Shown: positions 36,009 to 45,997, counted from the first letter of the stretch. The stretch: DNA of 64,000 bases from Candidatus Latescibacterota bacterium (GCA_965219385.1 CBDCNM010000002.1:3048305-3112304), one strand, 5' to 3'. The notes: generated from the sequence alone by a model not told the origin. Numbers and translations are program-made.

Positions 36009-38390
36009 TTGTTGACGAGTTTACTGAAGAGCGCTCTGCGCCAAATATCAGCGCATAGGGGAGAATTCTTAGTGAGTACTCTCGCGCTGACTATGGGGAT
36101 TACTTGTAGCCTGTTGATCCTGGCCCATGTAGCCCACGAAATGAACTACGACGCATATCACAAAAATGCAGACCGTGTGCACAGACTGACTGTATCGCAT
36201 ACGATTCTCGATCAGACCTACAAGAAGGCGGTTGTTACCTTTCCGCTTGCCAAGCTTGCGAGCGAGGAGATGGTGTCGGTAGAGACCTCGACCAACGTTT
36301 ACTACCCCGGTGAGGTTTACGTCCAGGCGAAAGGAAAGATAGTCTTGGAGCGTGGGTTGATTCACGTCGATCCAGCGTTCTTCGAGGTGTTCACGTTTCC
36401 GACGATTTTGGGAGAGAGAGAGCCCCTAACCGAGCCGCACCATGTGGTTCTGACAGAAAGCGCGGCGCGCAAATACTACGGAGAAGACGACCCCATCGGG
36501 CAGACATTTGTCATCGAAGGCAGTGACTACACCGTCAACGCAGTTGTCGAGGACGTGCCTGTAACCTCGCACCTTCATTTTGACGCAATCATCCTGTTCG
36601 ACTATGACGAATACCCGTGGATGAACTCGTGGAGATCCTACGGGTATTTGTATATCTATCTAATGGTGGATGATTTAGCCACAGTTCCGCTGATAGAAGA
36701 GCGTCTCAACGACAAGATAGAAAAACGTGCGCAGCTGCCGGATGGAGAGACCTTGGCAGTCTCTTTGCAGCCCATTCGTCAGATTCATATGTATTCACAT
36801 GGGATAGGGGTGATAGGTGAGATAGAGCAGAATACAACAAGGCCGGGCACTTTGATGGTGTTGCTTGCTATCGGAGCGATTCTTCTCGGTACAGCCGGAA
36901 TCAACGCGGCCAATATTTTTACTGGGCGGTTTGAAGCGAGAGTAAGTGAGTTTGCGATCAGACGTATAATCGGAGGGAGCGGATTCTGGCAATTCAGCCT
37001 CTGTCTAGTTGAGGCTGCGATTCTGGTCGGTGGGGCACTTCTCGTGAGTATCGCCATATGTGAAGCCTTGCTTGGCAGTCAGTTAGGTTTGTCGCTAGGA
37101 CTGAAAGTGAACGATTGGCGCGAGGTTAATCTGGGTGTGCTTGGTGTCGGGTCTGTGTGCATCGGATTGGTGGCTTTGGCGATCGGGGGGGGCTTGCCGG
37201 CTCTGCTGGCTTCGACCAGGGGTACGAGCAGGAATCTATTGTCGTACAATCAGTCGGTGCGGCGCATATTGACGGTCTGCCAATTTTCGGGTTCGATAGG
37301 TTTGATGATCGTTGCAATGCATGTTCAAAGCCAGATTGACTACATGTTGCAGAGGGACCTGGGATGGGAGGAGAAAGGAGATATCGTTTTGCCGATGTTT
37401 GATGCGGTCCCCGGGGAAAAATACAAGGTCGTCAAAGAGGCCTTCCTTCGCAATGCGGGGATTGCCGCTGCAACGGCTAGCAAGGTTGTGCCCTTGCTAG
37501 GAGGTGCGCTCGGAATTGACACCCATGTAGTGGGTGATTCTCAGAGAAAAATGGCTGCGCAGCTGTGTGTCGTTGACCACGATTTTGTGGATTACTTCAA
37601 TATTGATCTCAAGGCGGGTAACAAACTATGGAGGGACTGCGCCGAAGAGGAGAATCAAGACATTCTGATAAACGAAGAGGCAGCAAGACTGCTAGGCTAC
37701 GAACGCGCCGAGGACGCGATTGGTGCACGACTTCAGCTTCCGATTAACAACCGGGTAGGAGAGGTCATAGGAGTCATCGAATCCTTTCATCTGGAATCTC
37801 TCCACACCCCCGTTCAACCACAGATTCTAACATACTGGCCCGACCCATTTGACTTCACCCATCTGATAGTGCGACCCAGTTCGCCCAACCATACAGAAGT
37901 GGTCAGGTCGTTGGAGAATGCTTGGGATGAGATGGTGCCTTTGCTTCCGTTTCGATTTCTTCTCCTGGATAACATGATACGCGACGTTTACGCGCAAGAT
38001 AGACAGTCACGGGATCTGGTTTTCATCGCAGGTCTGATCTCATGCGTTTTGTCAGCGATCGGCATTTTTGGAGTCGCTCGTGTCGCTACCGGAAGACGAA
38101 GGAAAGAGGTGGCGGTTCGCAAGGTGATGGGCAGCTCCGTCTGGTCGTTGGTGCTCCTGTTGCTGAAGGAATTCCTGGTAATGATGTTGATAGCCAATGC
38201 CATTGCGTGGCCCATCGCAGGGCTTGCGTCGAATGAATGGCTCGCTGAGTTTGCCTATCGAATCGACCTGCAATGGTGGATCTTCGTCTGGTGCGGGCTG
38301 CTCGCGTCGTTGGTGACTGTGTTGAGTGTGAGCAACGCCGTCATATTGACAGCGCGATCCAATCCGACTGAGGCTCTTCGACTCGCCTGA
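36009..38390 (+). CDS. ABC transporter permease, MacB/FtsX double-domain type
   Basis: LQPIRQIH, RRKEVAVRKVMGSS, WLAEFAYRI, NPTEALR. Confidence 0.9.
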   Translation: MLTSLLKSALRQISAHRGEFLVSTLALTMGITCSLLILAHVAHEMNYDAYHKNADRVHRLTVSHTILDQTYKKAVVTFPLAKLASEEMVSVETSTNVYYPGEVYVQAKGKIVLERGLIHVDPAFFEVFTFPTILGEREPLTEPHHVVLTESAARKYYGEDDPIGQTFVIEGSDYTVNAVVEDVPVTSHLHFDAIILFDYDEYPWMNSWRSYGYLYIYLMVDDLATVPLIEERLNDKIEKRAQLPDGETLAVSLQPIRQIHMYSHGIGVIGEIEQNTTRPGTLMVLLAIGAILLGTAGINAANIFTGRFEARVSEFAIRRIIGGSGFWQFSLCLVEAAILVGGALLVSIAICEALLGSQLGLSLGLKVNDWREVNLGVLGVGSVCIGLVALAIGGGLPALLASTRGTSRNLLSYNQSVRRILTVCQFSGSIGLMIVAMHVQSQIDYMLQRDLGWEEKGDIVLPMFDAVPGEKYKVVKEAFLRNAGIAAATASKVVPLLGGALGIDTHVVGDSQRKMAAQLCVVDHDFVDYFNIDLKAGNKLWRDCAEEENQDILINEEAARLLGYERAEDAIGARLQLPINNRVGEVIGVIESFHLESLHTPVQPQILTYWPDPFDFTHLIVRPSSPNHTEVVRSLENAWDEMVPLLPFRFLLLDNMIRDVYAQDRQSRDLVFIAGLISCVLSAIGIFGVARVATGRRRKEVAVRKVMGSSVWSLVLLLLKEFLVMMLIANAIAWPIAGLASNEWLAEFAYRIDLQWWIFVWCGLLASLVTVLSVSNAVILTARSNPTEALRLA

Positions 38391-38468
38391 AGTCGGCTTG
38401 GCCCTCGTGGCTTAGGCTCTGCCGAAAAATAACTTTTCTGTTTAGCTTTGTTGCACGACCGAAATTCC

Positions 38469-38900
38469 GGTCGTGGGGCCGTTTGAAAATTAGGGGTCCT
38501 TTTTCCGGTAGGTCTTCGGTCGGCGCGGCGCGGGCCCGGTCGGCCATCTCCACGATCCAGTCTATGTCGTACAGCGTATCGCAGATGCCGGCTTCCATCG
38601 CCGGAGTCACGCGCAGGGTCTGGTGAATCCGACAAAAGTTGTAGTACAGGAAGAAGAGGGCCACGGCGTTGGCATGATTCTCCACACGCTTGGAAAAAGC
38701 GTTCGTCTTGCGTGTAAAGCGCCGTTGCGACATGCGCAGGGTCAGATTCTGTCGCTCTACCATCGACGTGCTCACGGCCTCCATATCCGGCTGGCCTGTA
38801 ATCGCTCCCTTCTCAAGATTCACCTCACCCCTGGCCGGATAGGACTTGACCAACTGGGCATAGTCCACCTGGCCGCCAAAGGCCGCCAACTTTGGCCCGG
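38469..38900 (-). mobile_element. IS1-family transposase C-terminal remnant with right end
   Basis: STSMVERQNLTLRM..RRFTRKTNAFSK..YNFCRIH..TPAMEAG; GGTCGTGGGGCCGTTTGAAA terminus. Confidence 0.8.
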
Positions 38901-38919
38901 TCAGTCGATGGGCGGATAC

Positions 38920-39210
38920 GAAGAGATGGTCATTGCCTCTGGGGCGTGCTACGCCACGGGCAGGAGCCTCTGGCGGGCGGACATACACGACGTTGAGGCT
39001 GGGATTGAAGTGCTGATCACGCGCGAAATCGACCCCTCTTTCACCGCGCTGGCGCTGGATGTGGATAGGGGCAAGATGTACTGGGGGGACGGGCGTCTAG
39101 GCTATGTCCGCCGCGCCAATCTGGATGGGTCTGCAGTCGAAGACCTGATCCACAGGTCCATGACCTGGACCTGTATATCCCCGTACCCGCCGATTGAGAG
39201 GGTAAAATAG
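38920..39210 (+). pseudogene. YWTD/LDL-receptor-type beta-propeller repeat fragment
   Basis: LALDVDRGKMYWGD...VRRANLDGS. Confidence 0.65.
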
Positions 39211-39407
39211 GAAGACCTTATGACGGATATTCCCCCACCTCCAATGTATCAGATCGAGGAGTCGGCGGTAGCTCACGCGACGGACTCGGCTCAGATTGCT
39301 GTTTTGTTGAAAATACGCCCACTATCTTCCACCGGCCCGGTACGCCTTCAAGAGTTAGGGTTTTTGCTCAGTCCCCGAGGCCAACCCCGATGACGTGCGG
39401 GAACTGC

Positions 39408-41354
39408 TCAACTCCGCTCCCTGACCATCTCGTGCCCCTCGAACAAATCCCGCGCCACCGTACCCTGCGCCTGGCCGGGCGGCTCGGCCCCCAGCAGGTG
39501 GCAGAAGGTGGGCACTACATCGGCGGCGTGGATGTACCCCAGCTTCTCCACCGGCCGCTCGTATCCCCGCTTCACCCCCGGCCCGGCCAGCAACCACGAG
39601 CCAAAGCTGGACGAAGCCTGGCTCTGAGTCGGCAGAAAACCCCCGTGGTGCGCTCCGTACACATTGGGCGCCCCCACCGGGCCCCCGCCCGCAATGCCCC
39701 GCCACTGCCCGTAGTACCCGCTCGCGTACCCGTGGTCCCAGGCAAAGACCACATCGCCGCACTGGTCCCCCCACTGGCCCAGGAGGTACGCGTCCCGCCG
39801 CGGCAGGGCCACGGCCACTGGATTGCGCCCCACCTCCTGGTCGACCCAGGTGCGCAGGGCCAGCAGCAACTCGGCCTCGATGCGGTCGAACTGGGGTCCG
39901 GGCTCGGCGTTGATGAAAATGTCGAAACCCTTGTCGTCCTTGAGATAGGCCCGGGTCCGCTCCCAGTCGATATCCTCCTCGCGCACCTGGTCGCGCACCA
40001 GCCCCTCTTCCCCGCCCTTGAGCGCCAGAAAGCCCTGCTCGTGCAAAAACTGGCGGATGTTGGCCACCCGCACATCGGGCGAGCACCCGTGGTCGGACAC
40101 CACGCCCACGCAGGTATGGCCATCCGCGTCCTCCCACAGCCGTCCCAAAATGCGGTCCCCCACCTGGTAGGCCCGCCGAAAGTAGTCCAGGTACTGTTCG
40201 GCGCGCTCGGCTTCGTAGCCCGGACACACGGGATCCACGTCCCCGAGGTGGATGTGGTTGAGGTAGTCATACAGGTGCCAGTGGCAAATGAAAAAGGAAC
40301 AGCCCCGCTCCCGCAGCATGTACCGGGCCACCTCGGCAAACCACATCCCCTGGTACTCGCATTCTTCCAGGGCCGTGTCAAAATCGGCCATCCCCGCCGT
40401 ATAGGGCAACATGGAGGCGTGTTCCTGGTACGGCCCGAAGCGCTCCACCAGCTCCCCGGCCAACTCGTCGGGCAGGGTGAAGCCGTCGGCATAGGTCACC
40501 TGGGTGCGGTAGAGCTTGAGCCGGCTGCCGTCCGGGGCCAGTTCTATCAGCTTGAAGCGCAGCGAAGCCGGGCGCCGGCCCCCGTCGATGGCAAAGTCCT
40601 CCACGGCCCACTCGCTCCACTGGCCCACCTCGGCAACGGCAATGCGGCTGGCCCCGTCCCGGTCCCGGCACACCAGCACCCGGTCGTAGCCCCGCCCCAG
40701 GCCGTCCACCGCCAGCAGGTGGAAAGCGGTGATATCCCCGCCCAGGCGGGCCGCCACCTCGATGCGGCTCTCCAGCGGAGGCGCCTGGCTCTCGGGCAGG
40801 TTCCGCCACTCCTGCGCCGGCTTTAGGGGCGGGATCGACTCGACGCTGCGCTGGGCCCGCCGCACGGCCGTACCGTCGTGGTCCATTTCGATCGCCCCCT
40901 CCAGCTCGGCCTCCGTGGTATAGGCCTGGCAGGTGGCCACCTCGAAATCCGTGCTGTGGTGCCCGGGATGGCCGAAACCGTCGACCACATAGCCCGTCTC
41001 CACCCCGGAGGGATGGGCCCCCGGATAGTGCACGGCCACGCTCTTTATGCCCGCCCGCTCCAGGGCGTTCCAGATGCGCTCGGCATTGTTGGCCCGTCCG
41101 TCGAAGCTGTCGATCCGCCGGCCCGGCTCCACTTCCACCCGCCAGCGCGCGACCCCGTGGGTGCCCGTGTGCGCCCCGGTGGACAGGGTGGCCCAGTTGG
41201 TGGGGGTCCACACCGGGAAAGAGGGCAGGGTTTGGTTGACCGCCCCCTCCCGCAGCAGGCGCTCGAAGTGGGGCAGGGCCTCTTCCGCGGCGAATTGCTT
41301 CATCATCGGGACGATAAAGCCGTCCATGCCAAAGGCGTAGATTTTGCGCTCCAT
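39408..41354 (-). CDS. Alkaline phosphatase superfamily (nucleotide pyrophosphatase/phosphodiesterase) protein
   Basis: GMDG, TPTNWATLSTG..HG, DYLNH, VSDHG, ADVVPT. Confidence 0.88.
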   Translation of the reverse strand: MERKIYAFGMDGFIVPMMKQFAAEEALPHFERLLREGAVNQTLPSFPVWTPTNWATLSTGAHTGTHGVARWRVEVEPGRRIDSFDGRANNAERIWNALERAGIKSVAVHYPGAHPSGVETGYVVDGFGHPGHHSTDFEVATCQAYTTEAELEGAIEMDHDGTAVRRAQRSVESIPPLKPAQEWRNLPESQAPPLESRIEVAARLGGDITAFHLLAVDGLGRGYDRVLVCRDRDGASRIAVAEVGQWSEWAVEDFAIDGGRRPASLRFKLIELAPDGSRLKLYRTQVTYADGFTLPDELAGELVERFGPYQEHASMLPYTAGMADFDTALEECEYQGMWFAEVARYMLRERGCSFFICHWHLYDYLNHIHLGDVDPVCPGYEAERAEQYLDYFRRAYQVGDRILGRLWEDADGHTCVGVVSDHGCSPDVRVANIRQFLHEQGFLALKGGEEGLVRDQVREEDIDWERTRAYLKDDKGFDIFINAEPGPQFDRIEAELLLALRTWVDQEVGRNPVAVALPRRDAYLLGQWGDQCGDVVFAWDHGYASGYYGQWRGIAGGGPVGAPNVYGAHHGGFLPTQSQASSSFGSWLLAGPGVKRGYERPVEKLGYIHAADVVPTFCHLLGAEPPGQAQGTVARDLFEGHEMVRERS

Positions 41355-41618
41355 ATCTCCTCACCTGTCAAAATAATGCGCTGTTGTATGTCGGGCTAGT
41401 TGGTCGGTTCCGGGTCTGGCATTGTGTCAATCTCTGGTTCGGTTGGAGGGGACCAACCGATCTCCCCACCCAGTCCACCAATATAGGCACAGACCGACGC
41501 CGGATCAATCGCGGCCCAGCCCAAGGGCAAGTCAACTTGGGAACAGGCTGCTGGTGCGCTCCGAGCCCGATAGCGCCGAAGTGTCCTTCGGCCGCACCAG
41601 GGATTGCGAGTTGATTTT

Positions 41619-41638
41619 TATTAACAAATTTATTAATA
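41619..41638. promoter_or_regulatory. Putative toxin-antitoxin operator palindrome
   Basis: TATTAACAAATTTATTAATA near-perfect palindrome just upstream of the toxin start. Confidence 0.55.
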
Positions 41639-41644
41639 TCTGTT

Positions 41645-41977
41645 ATGGATTGGGAAATCGTTTATTACAATGAGAAAGTCCAAAGTATCCTGAATGCCTG
41701 GCCCGTCGGCATCCGCGCCGTTTATGCCCGGATCACAGAGTGAATCTCGATTTTTGGGCCAAATTTGGGAATGCCTTTTACCCGAGCATTGGGTAGTGGT
41801 TTATTCGAAATTCGAGCAAAAGGCAAAGAGGGAATAGGACGTGCGTTTTTCTGTGCGGTTGTTGGTCAAAAGGTGGTTGTGCTCCATGCCTATATCAAAA
41901 AATCTGAGAAAACGCCTCGAAAAGAATTGGAGATTGCACGCAAACGTCAGGAGGAGTTTAAACATGAAAACGCATAA
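41645..41977 (+). pseudogene. RelE/ParE (HigB/Gp49-like) toxin with in-frame TGA
   Basis: MDWEIVYY...RITE*ISIFGPNLGMPFT..LFEIR..LHAYIKKSEKTP; stop at 41741-41743. Confidence 0.85.
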
Positions 41978-42254
41978 AGAAATGATTGACGAATGGATGA
42001 AAGAACCAGAATTCGTCGCTGAATATGACGCCCTTGCAGATGAATTTGTCCTGTTTGATGAAATGCTCAAAGCCAGAAAGAATGCTGGTTTAACTCAGGC
42101 TGATGTTGCCGAAAAGATGGGTACCCAGACGCCGGCAGTTGCGCGCCTTGAAGCATCGGGGCGACACAAAAAACACTCTCCTTCGCTTGCCACCCTGCAA
42201 AAATATGCCGCAGCTGTTGGCTGCCGTCTGGACATTCGACTGATACCTCGTTAG
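41964..42254 (+). CDS. XRE-family HTH antitoxin (HigA-like)
   Basis: LTQADVAEKMGT..AVARLE..PSLATL; overlaps the toxin end. Confidence 0.88.
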   Translation: MKTHKEMIDEWMKEPEFVAEYDALADEFVLFDEMLKARKNAGLTQADVAEKMGTQTPAVARLEASGRHKKHSPSLATLQKYAAAVGCRLDIRLIPR

Positions 42255-42258
42255 ACGA

Positions 42259-42354
42259 TCAACCGGTACATCCCAGCACCACTGCCAAATAGGCGCAGAT
42301 TCTCTGGCTCAGCCGCCGGCTGCCCGAACCGCCGAATACGATCACTTCATCCAT
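42259..42354 (-). pseudogene. N-terminal remnant of ribose-phosphate pyrophosphokinase-like gene
   Basis: MDEVIVFGGSGSRRLSQRICAYL with GGAGG RBS; cut at 31 aa. Confidence 0.6.
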
Positions 42355-42403
42355 TCCTCCCTCGTCAATGGTCGGCCCGATCCGTCCAACTCGAACCGCT
42401 GGT

Positions 42404-42670
42404 TTACTCAACAGGCGGAAAAAGCACAGGGGCCGCCACAATGGGCCGCTGTTCCAAAGCAGCGCGGATTTGGCCGGCGGCCCGGGGCAGGAAAGGCTCC
42501 AGCCAATACCCGACTTGGTACAGGGACTGGACCCAGGCGTCCAAATGGCCATGCAATTCGGTCCGACGGCCCCTCTTGGCCCAGGGGGCAACCGCCTGGA
42601 TCGACCGGTTCACTTGGTCCACCACGTCCCCCAGGCTCGCCAAAGCCCGGTCGAACTGATAGTCATTGTT
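42404..42670 (-). pseudogene. C-terminal remnant of methionyl-tRNA synthetase-like anticodon domain
   Basis: YQFDRAL..VNRSIQAVAPW..LEPFLPRAA..LFP. Confidence 0.65.
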
Positions 42671-42757
42671 ATACGGACTTATTTCAACAGCGTCAACAGG
42701 TCTCGACACCGAATCCGGGCCGGGGACATTCTCCTGATCTCCGCTCCGACACTTTCC

Positions 42758-44149
42758 CTACTCCCCGGGGTCAGTCGCCCGAACCTCCAACAACCGCAGT
42801 CCACCGGCATTGAGCGGAACGACCACCTTTCCTTCCACCACTTCGAGCCTAGCGCCCGATAAGGCGTCCTGTACGCGGTCACCGCCCACCGACAATTGCA
42901 CCCTTCTGGCGTTCTGCGTCTGACGATTTACCACGAGCACGTGGCTAGGGGTCACGCCGTTGCCGAAAAGTCCAAACTCCAGATCGACCTGCGGTGCAAG
43001 CACGAGTGGGTTCCGGCGGAATTCGCGAGAGGAAAATCCGCCGTGGTAGTGCAAGTCCTCCAACACCGGACTCAGGCGCCGCAGCAGACCATTCAATTCC
43101 TGCACCGCACGGTAGCTGGAGGTCGGCTCCCCCTGCTCATTCACCAGACCTTCGTAGGTCCGGCGCAGTACCAGGTTCCCCTGTTCATCGAATATCTCTT
43201 CCAGACCGGAACTGTAGAGAAAGTAGATGATGCCCGCCGCTCCCCGCGTCAACGCCATCCCGGCCTGGAGGCCTATTTCACTGGCCGTGGGTTTGCGCCA
43301 ATTCAGCCTCCCTTCACGCACTACACTCATCGTCTGCACGATCGCGTGCCACCGGCCGTGGCGGCCTTGCATGTGGCGCGCCACCTGCTCGTAGCTTTCA
43401 ACCAGCCGATCCAGCTGGCGCTGCAACTTCTTGCCATCATAAGGCGTATCGCTGCGCAACACGTAGAGTTCGTGCTGGAAGACGTTGGGCTGGCCGCCTG
43501 GCACAAAAAAGGAGTCCATAAAGGCCTCGACGGATTGATAGTCGACGATGCTGCCCACGGTAACAGCCGAACGGCTGGGATCCTGGAGTCGCAGTGCTTC
43601 GACGGTCTGGCGCAATGGCGAGTAGAATGACTCGGAATAATCCTCGTGCCCTACCAGGTAGCCCCTGAATCCGCTGTTCCCTTCCCACCGGGTAAAGAGC
43701 GCCTCCACTGTTTTGCGCAGGTCGGCTTCAAACTCTGCGGTGGGTTCGGTTTGGATCGCCCAATTGTGGAGCTTGTCGTAGCTCGTGTACCCTGGGGGTT
43801 CATAGTAGACCGGCATGCCTATGCCGGTGCGATTGCAGAACTCCATGGCAGCTTCTTCAGCCGTGGATCCATCCTCCAGGCTAGCTCGCTGTAGCCACTC
43901 TAGGTAGTTTATCCCCAGCTCCGCAAGCTGTTCCTGGTCTTCTGGACCAAAGTGGTACTGGTTCAGGCCGGCCGGCAGCCAAACGCCGATTGTCAGTGGT
44001 CCAATCGCCAGCGGGCTGGGTTCGTAGTCCAAACTATCGATCGATTTTCTGCTCATGCATCCCCCAAGTTCACCGAGCAGTGCAAGCGCGATTGTGGCGA
44101 TTGTGCATACAAGGGGTGCCGAAGCACGGGAATCTGAAATTTTCTTCAT
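42758..44149 (-). CDS. Hypothetical lipoprotein, glycoside-hydrolase-like
   Basis: LGGC lipobox-like; alternating alpha/beta pattern; ALTRGAAGIIYFLY; beta-rich C-terminus. Confidence 0.55.
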   Translation of the reverse strand: MKKISDSRASAPLVCTIATIALALLGELGGCMSRKSIDSLDYEPSPLAIGPLTIGVWLPAGLNQYHFGPEDQEQLAELGINYLEWLQRASLEDGSTAEEAAMEFCNRTGIGMPVYYEPPGYTSYDKLHNWAIQTEPTAEFEADLRKTVEALFTRWEGNSGFRGYLVGHEDYSESFYSPLRQTVEALRLQDPSRSAVTVGSIVDYQSVEAFMDSFFVPGGQPNVFQHELYVLRSDTPYDGKKLQRQLDRLVESYEQVARHMQGRHGRWHAIVQTMSVVREGRLNWRKPTASEIGLQAGMALTRGAAGIIYFLYSSGLEEIFDEQGNLVLRRTYEGLVNEQGEPTSSYRAVQELNGLLRRLSPVLEDLHYHGGFSSREFRRNPLVLAPQVDLEFGLFGNGVTPSHVLVVNRQTQNARRVQLSVGGDRVQDALSGARLEVVEGKVVVPLNAGGLRLLEVRATDPGE

Positions 44150-44158
44150 GTGTCTCCC

Positions 44159-44842
44159 TTACTTTCGCGCTACAACGAGAAAATGCGATTTGAGCAGGGC
44201 CGTATTTCCCAGGAACGTTCCTTTGTGCAGGAAACGCTGCAGCTCGAAAAGGAGTCTAGACAGGTACACGTACTCCACGTAGTCTCTAATCTCTAGCTGG
44301 TCGAAGCCGATTTCCTCCATGATCCGCTTGATCGTCGACTGATCGTTGAAGCGATAGTAGGCCTTGAAAATATCTTCATCATCCTTGTTGTGTACACTCC
44401 GCACCACCCATCTTTTGACTATTTCCGGCAACGCCCTGTTCAGCAGGCTGGCCCAATACGTCTTATTTATGGTGCAGCATACGAAAATTCCGCCTGGCTT
44501 CAAGATCTCCAGAATCTCCCGGAGATTCTCGGCCGGCGAGGTCCAATGCTCTACCACCATGAAGGTAGATACCAGATCGACGCTGTTCTTCTGCAAGCAC
44601 AATCGGCTGCTGTCCGAAACTACAAATGGCTTTGTAGCTCTTGGCACCAATCGCAAGTCGATGTCGACGCCGACGGCCCGTTTGAACTGGCCTCTGTATT
44701 CCTCGACATATCGATTTGTCCCGCATCCCAAATCCACCCATACCCCCTCCCCGTTCCCCCGTCGGAAATAGTCCTGGAACTCCTGGTCCGGATGGCGAAA
44801 ATCCTTTTCCATTCTCGTGCGTAGTTCGTAGAGATAGCTCAT
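44159..44842 (-). CDS. Class I SAM-dependent methyltransferase
   Basis: VDLGCG, GVDID, VVEH, LKPGG. Confidence 0.88.
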   Translation of the reverse strand: MSYLYELRTRMEKDFRHPDQEFQDYFRRGNGEGVWVDLGCGTNRYVEEYRGQFKRAVGVDIDLRLVPRATKPFVVSDSSRLCLQKNSVDLVSTFMVVEHWTSPAENLREILEILKPGGIFVCCTINKTYWASLLNRALPEIVKRWVVRSVHNKDDEDIFKAYYRFNDQSTIKRIMEEIGFDQLEIRDYVEYVYLSRLLFELQRFLHKGTFLGNTALLKSHFLVVARK

Positions 44843-44867
44843 ATCCACACCTGAATTATTCATAAAA

Positions 44868-44985
44868 GTGCGGTTTGAATGCGAATTGCTCGACTGGTGT
44901 TGTTTCCGCACGCAGGACGAGGCGCGTAGCGCTCTTTTTGCGTATATCGAAGGCGGGTATAATCCTCATCGTCGGCATTCGCATT
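44868..44985 (+). mobile_element. IS3-family integrase C-terminal remnant
   Basis: ECELLD..FRTQDEAR..YIEGGYNPHRRHS. Confidence 0.75.
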
Positions 44986-45004
44986 TTTCCTCCAAGTCAG
45001 CCGC

Positions 45005-45997
45005 TCATCCTCCCAGAAAACCCTTCACCCGCGGATGCTCCAGTACCTCCTGGTTGAGCACGTGCGGCGGCTCCCGGCCCTCGATGGCCGCTGTGACCTG
45101 AGCGAAGCTCATGAGGTCCAGGCGGATGCAGGATTCCACCGTGATGCCGCCGTTGTGGTTGGTGCAGATGATGCGCGGGTGGTCCTTGTGAATCTGGCGC
45201 GGCCCGTCCACCGGATCGTCCACCACATAATAACACAGCCGCTCTTCCTTTATGGCCCGGTTGGCCGCCTCGTCGTCGACCAAGTTGCCGCGCGAGGGGT
45301 TGATCAGGGAGGCGTGGGGTTTCATGGCGCAGAAACACTCGTAGGTGACAATGGTATCGTCCCCGGCCACGTGCAGGGAGACCGTGTCGCACTCCTCGAA
45401 CAGGGTCATGGGATCGCGCACGGCCTCGGCCCCGAATTGGGCCGCCAACTCCTCGATGTCCGGTCGGATATCGTAGACCATCAGCCGGCCTTTCTCCCCC
45501 AGGATGGGTTTGGCGCGCTCGGCCACGGCCTGCCCGATGCGGCCGAAGCCGCAGAGTCCCAGGGTGGACCCCTGGGCCTCGTAGGTCCGGATGATGGAAA
45601 AGTCGCCGGCGTGCGAGATCCGGTTCAGGGTATAGACCCGCTTGAGGGTGGCCATCCACTGGGCGATGGTGTATTCGGCCACGGTAACCATGTGCACCGG
45701 GGTCACGGTGACGAGCACCCCGTGCTTTGTGGCCACATCCACATTGACCTTGTCGAAGCCCACGCCCCAGCGGGCAATGATCCTCAGATCCTCGGCCGCC
45801 TCGTAAAAACTCGGGGTGAAAAGGACCGAGTTGGCGATTATACCGACCACGCCTTGGGCATGGTCGGCGGTAAATTCATTGATATCGTAATACTCCACCT
45901 CCGCCAGTTTGGCCAGGTCGTCAATGCCCTGGCGCCGCGGCTGTGAATCAAAATCCTGGTTTTGGAAAATGGTGGTCAGTAGAATCTTGTCGGCCAT
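45005..45997 (-). CDS. D-isomer specific 2-hydroxyacid dehydrogenase
   Basis: RWGVGFDKV, GFGRIG, INPSRG, TNH. Confidence 0.9.
   Translation of the reverse strand: MADKILLTTIFQNQDFDSQPRRQGIDDLAKLAEVEYYDINEFTADHAQGVVGIIANSVLFTPSFYEAAEDLRIIARWGVGFDKVNVDVATKHGVLVTVTPVHMVTVAEYTIAQWMATLKRVYTLNRISHAGDFSIIRTYEAQGSTLGLCGFGRIGQAVAERAKPILGEKGRLMVYDIRPDIEELAAQFGAEAVRDPMTLFEECDTVSLHVAGDDTIVTYECFCAMKPHASLINPSRGNLVDDEAANRAIKEERLCYYVVDDPVDGPRQIHKDHPRIICTNHNGGITVESCIRLDLMSFAQVTAAIEGREPPHVLNQEVLEHPRVKGFLGG

Noticed and set aside
41741..41743. TGA as selenocysteine or recoded stop
   Set aside because: Not a Cys-equivalent position, no evident SECIS, and TGA is a normal stop throughout the window
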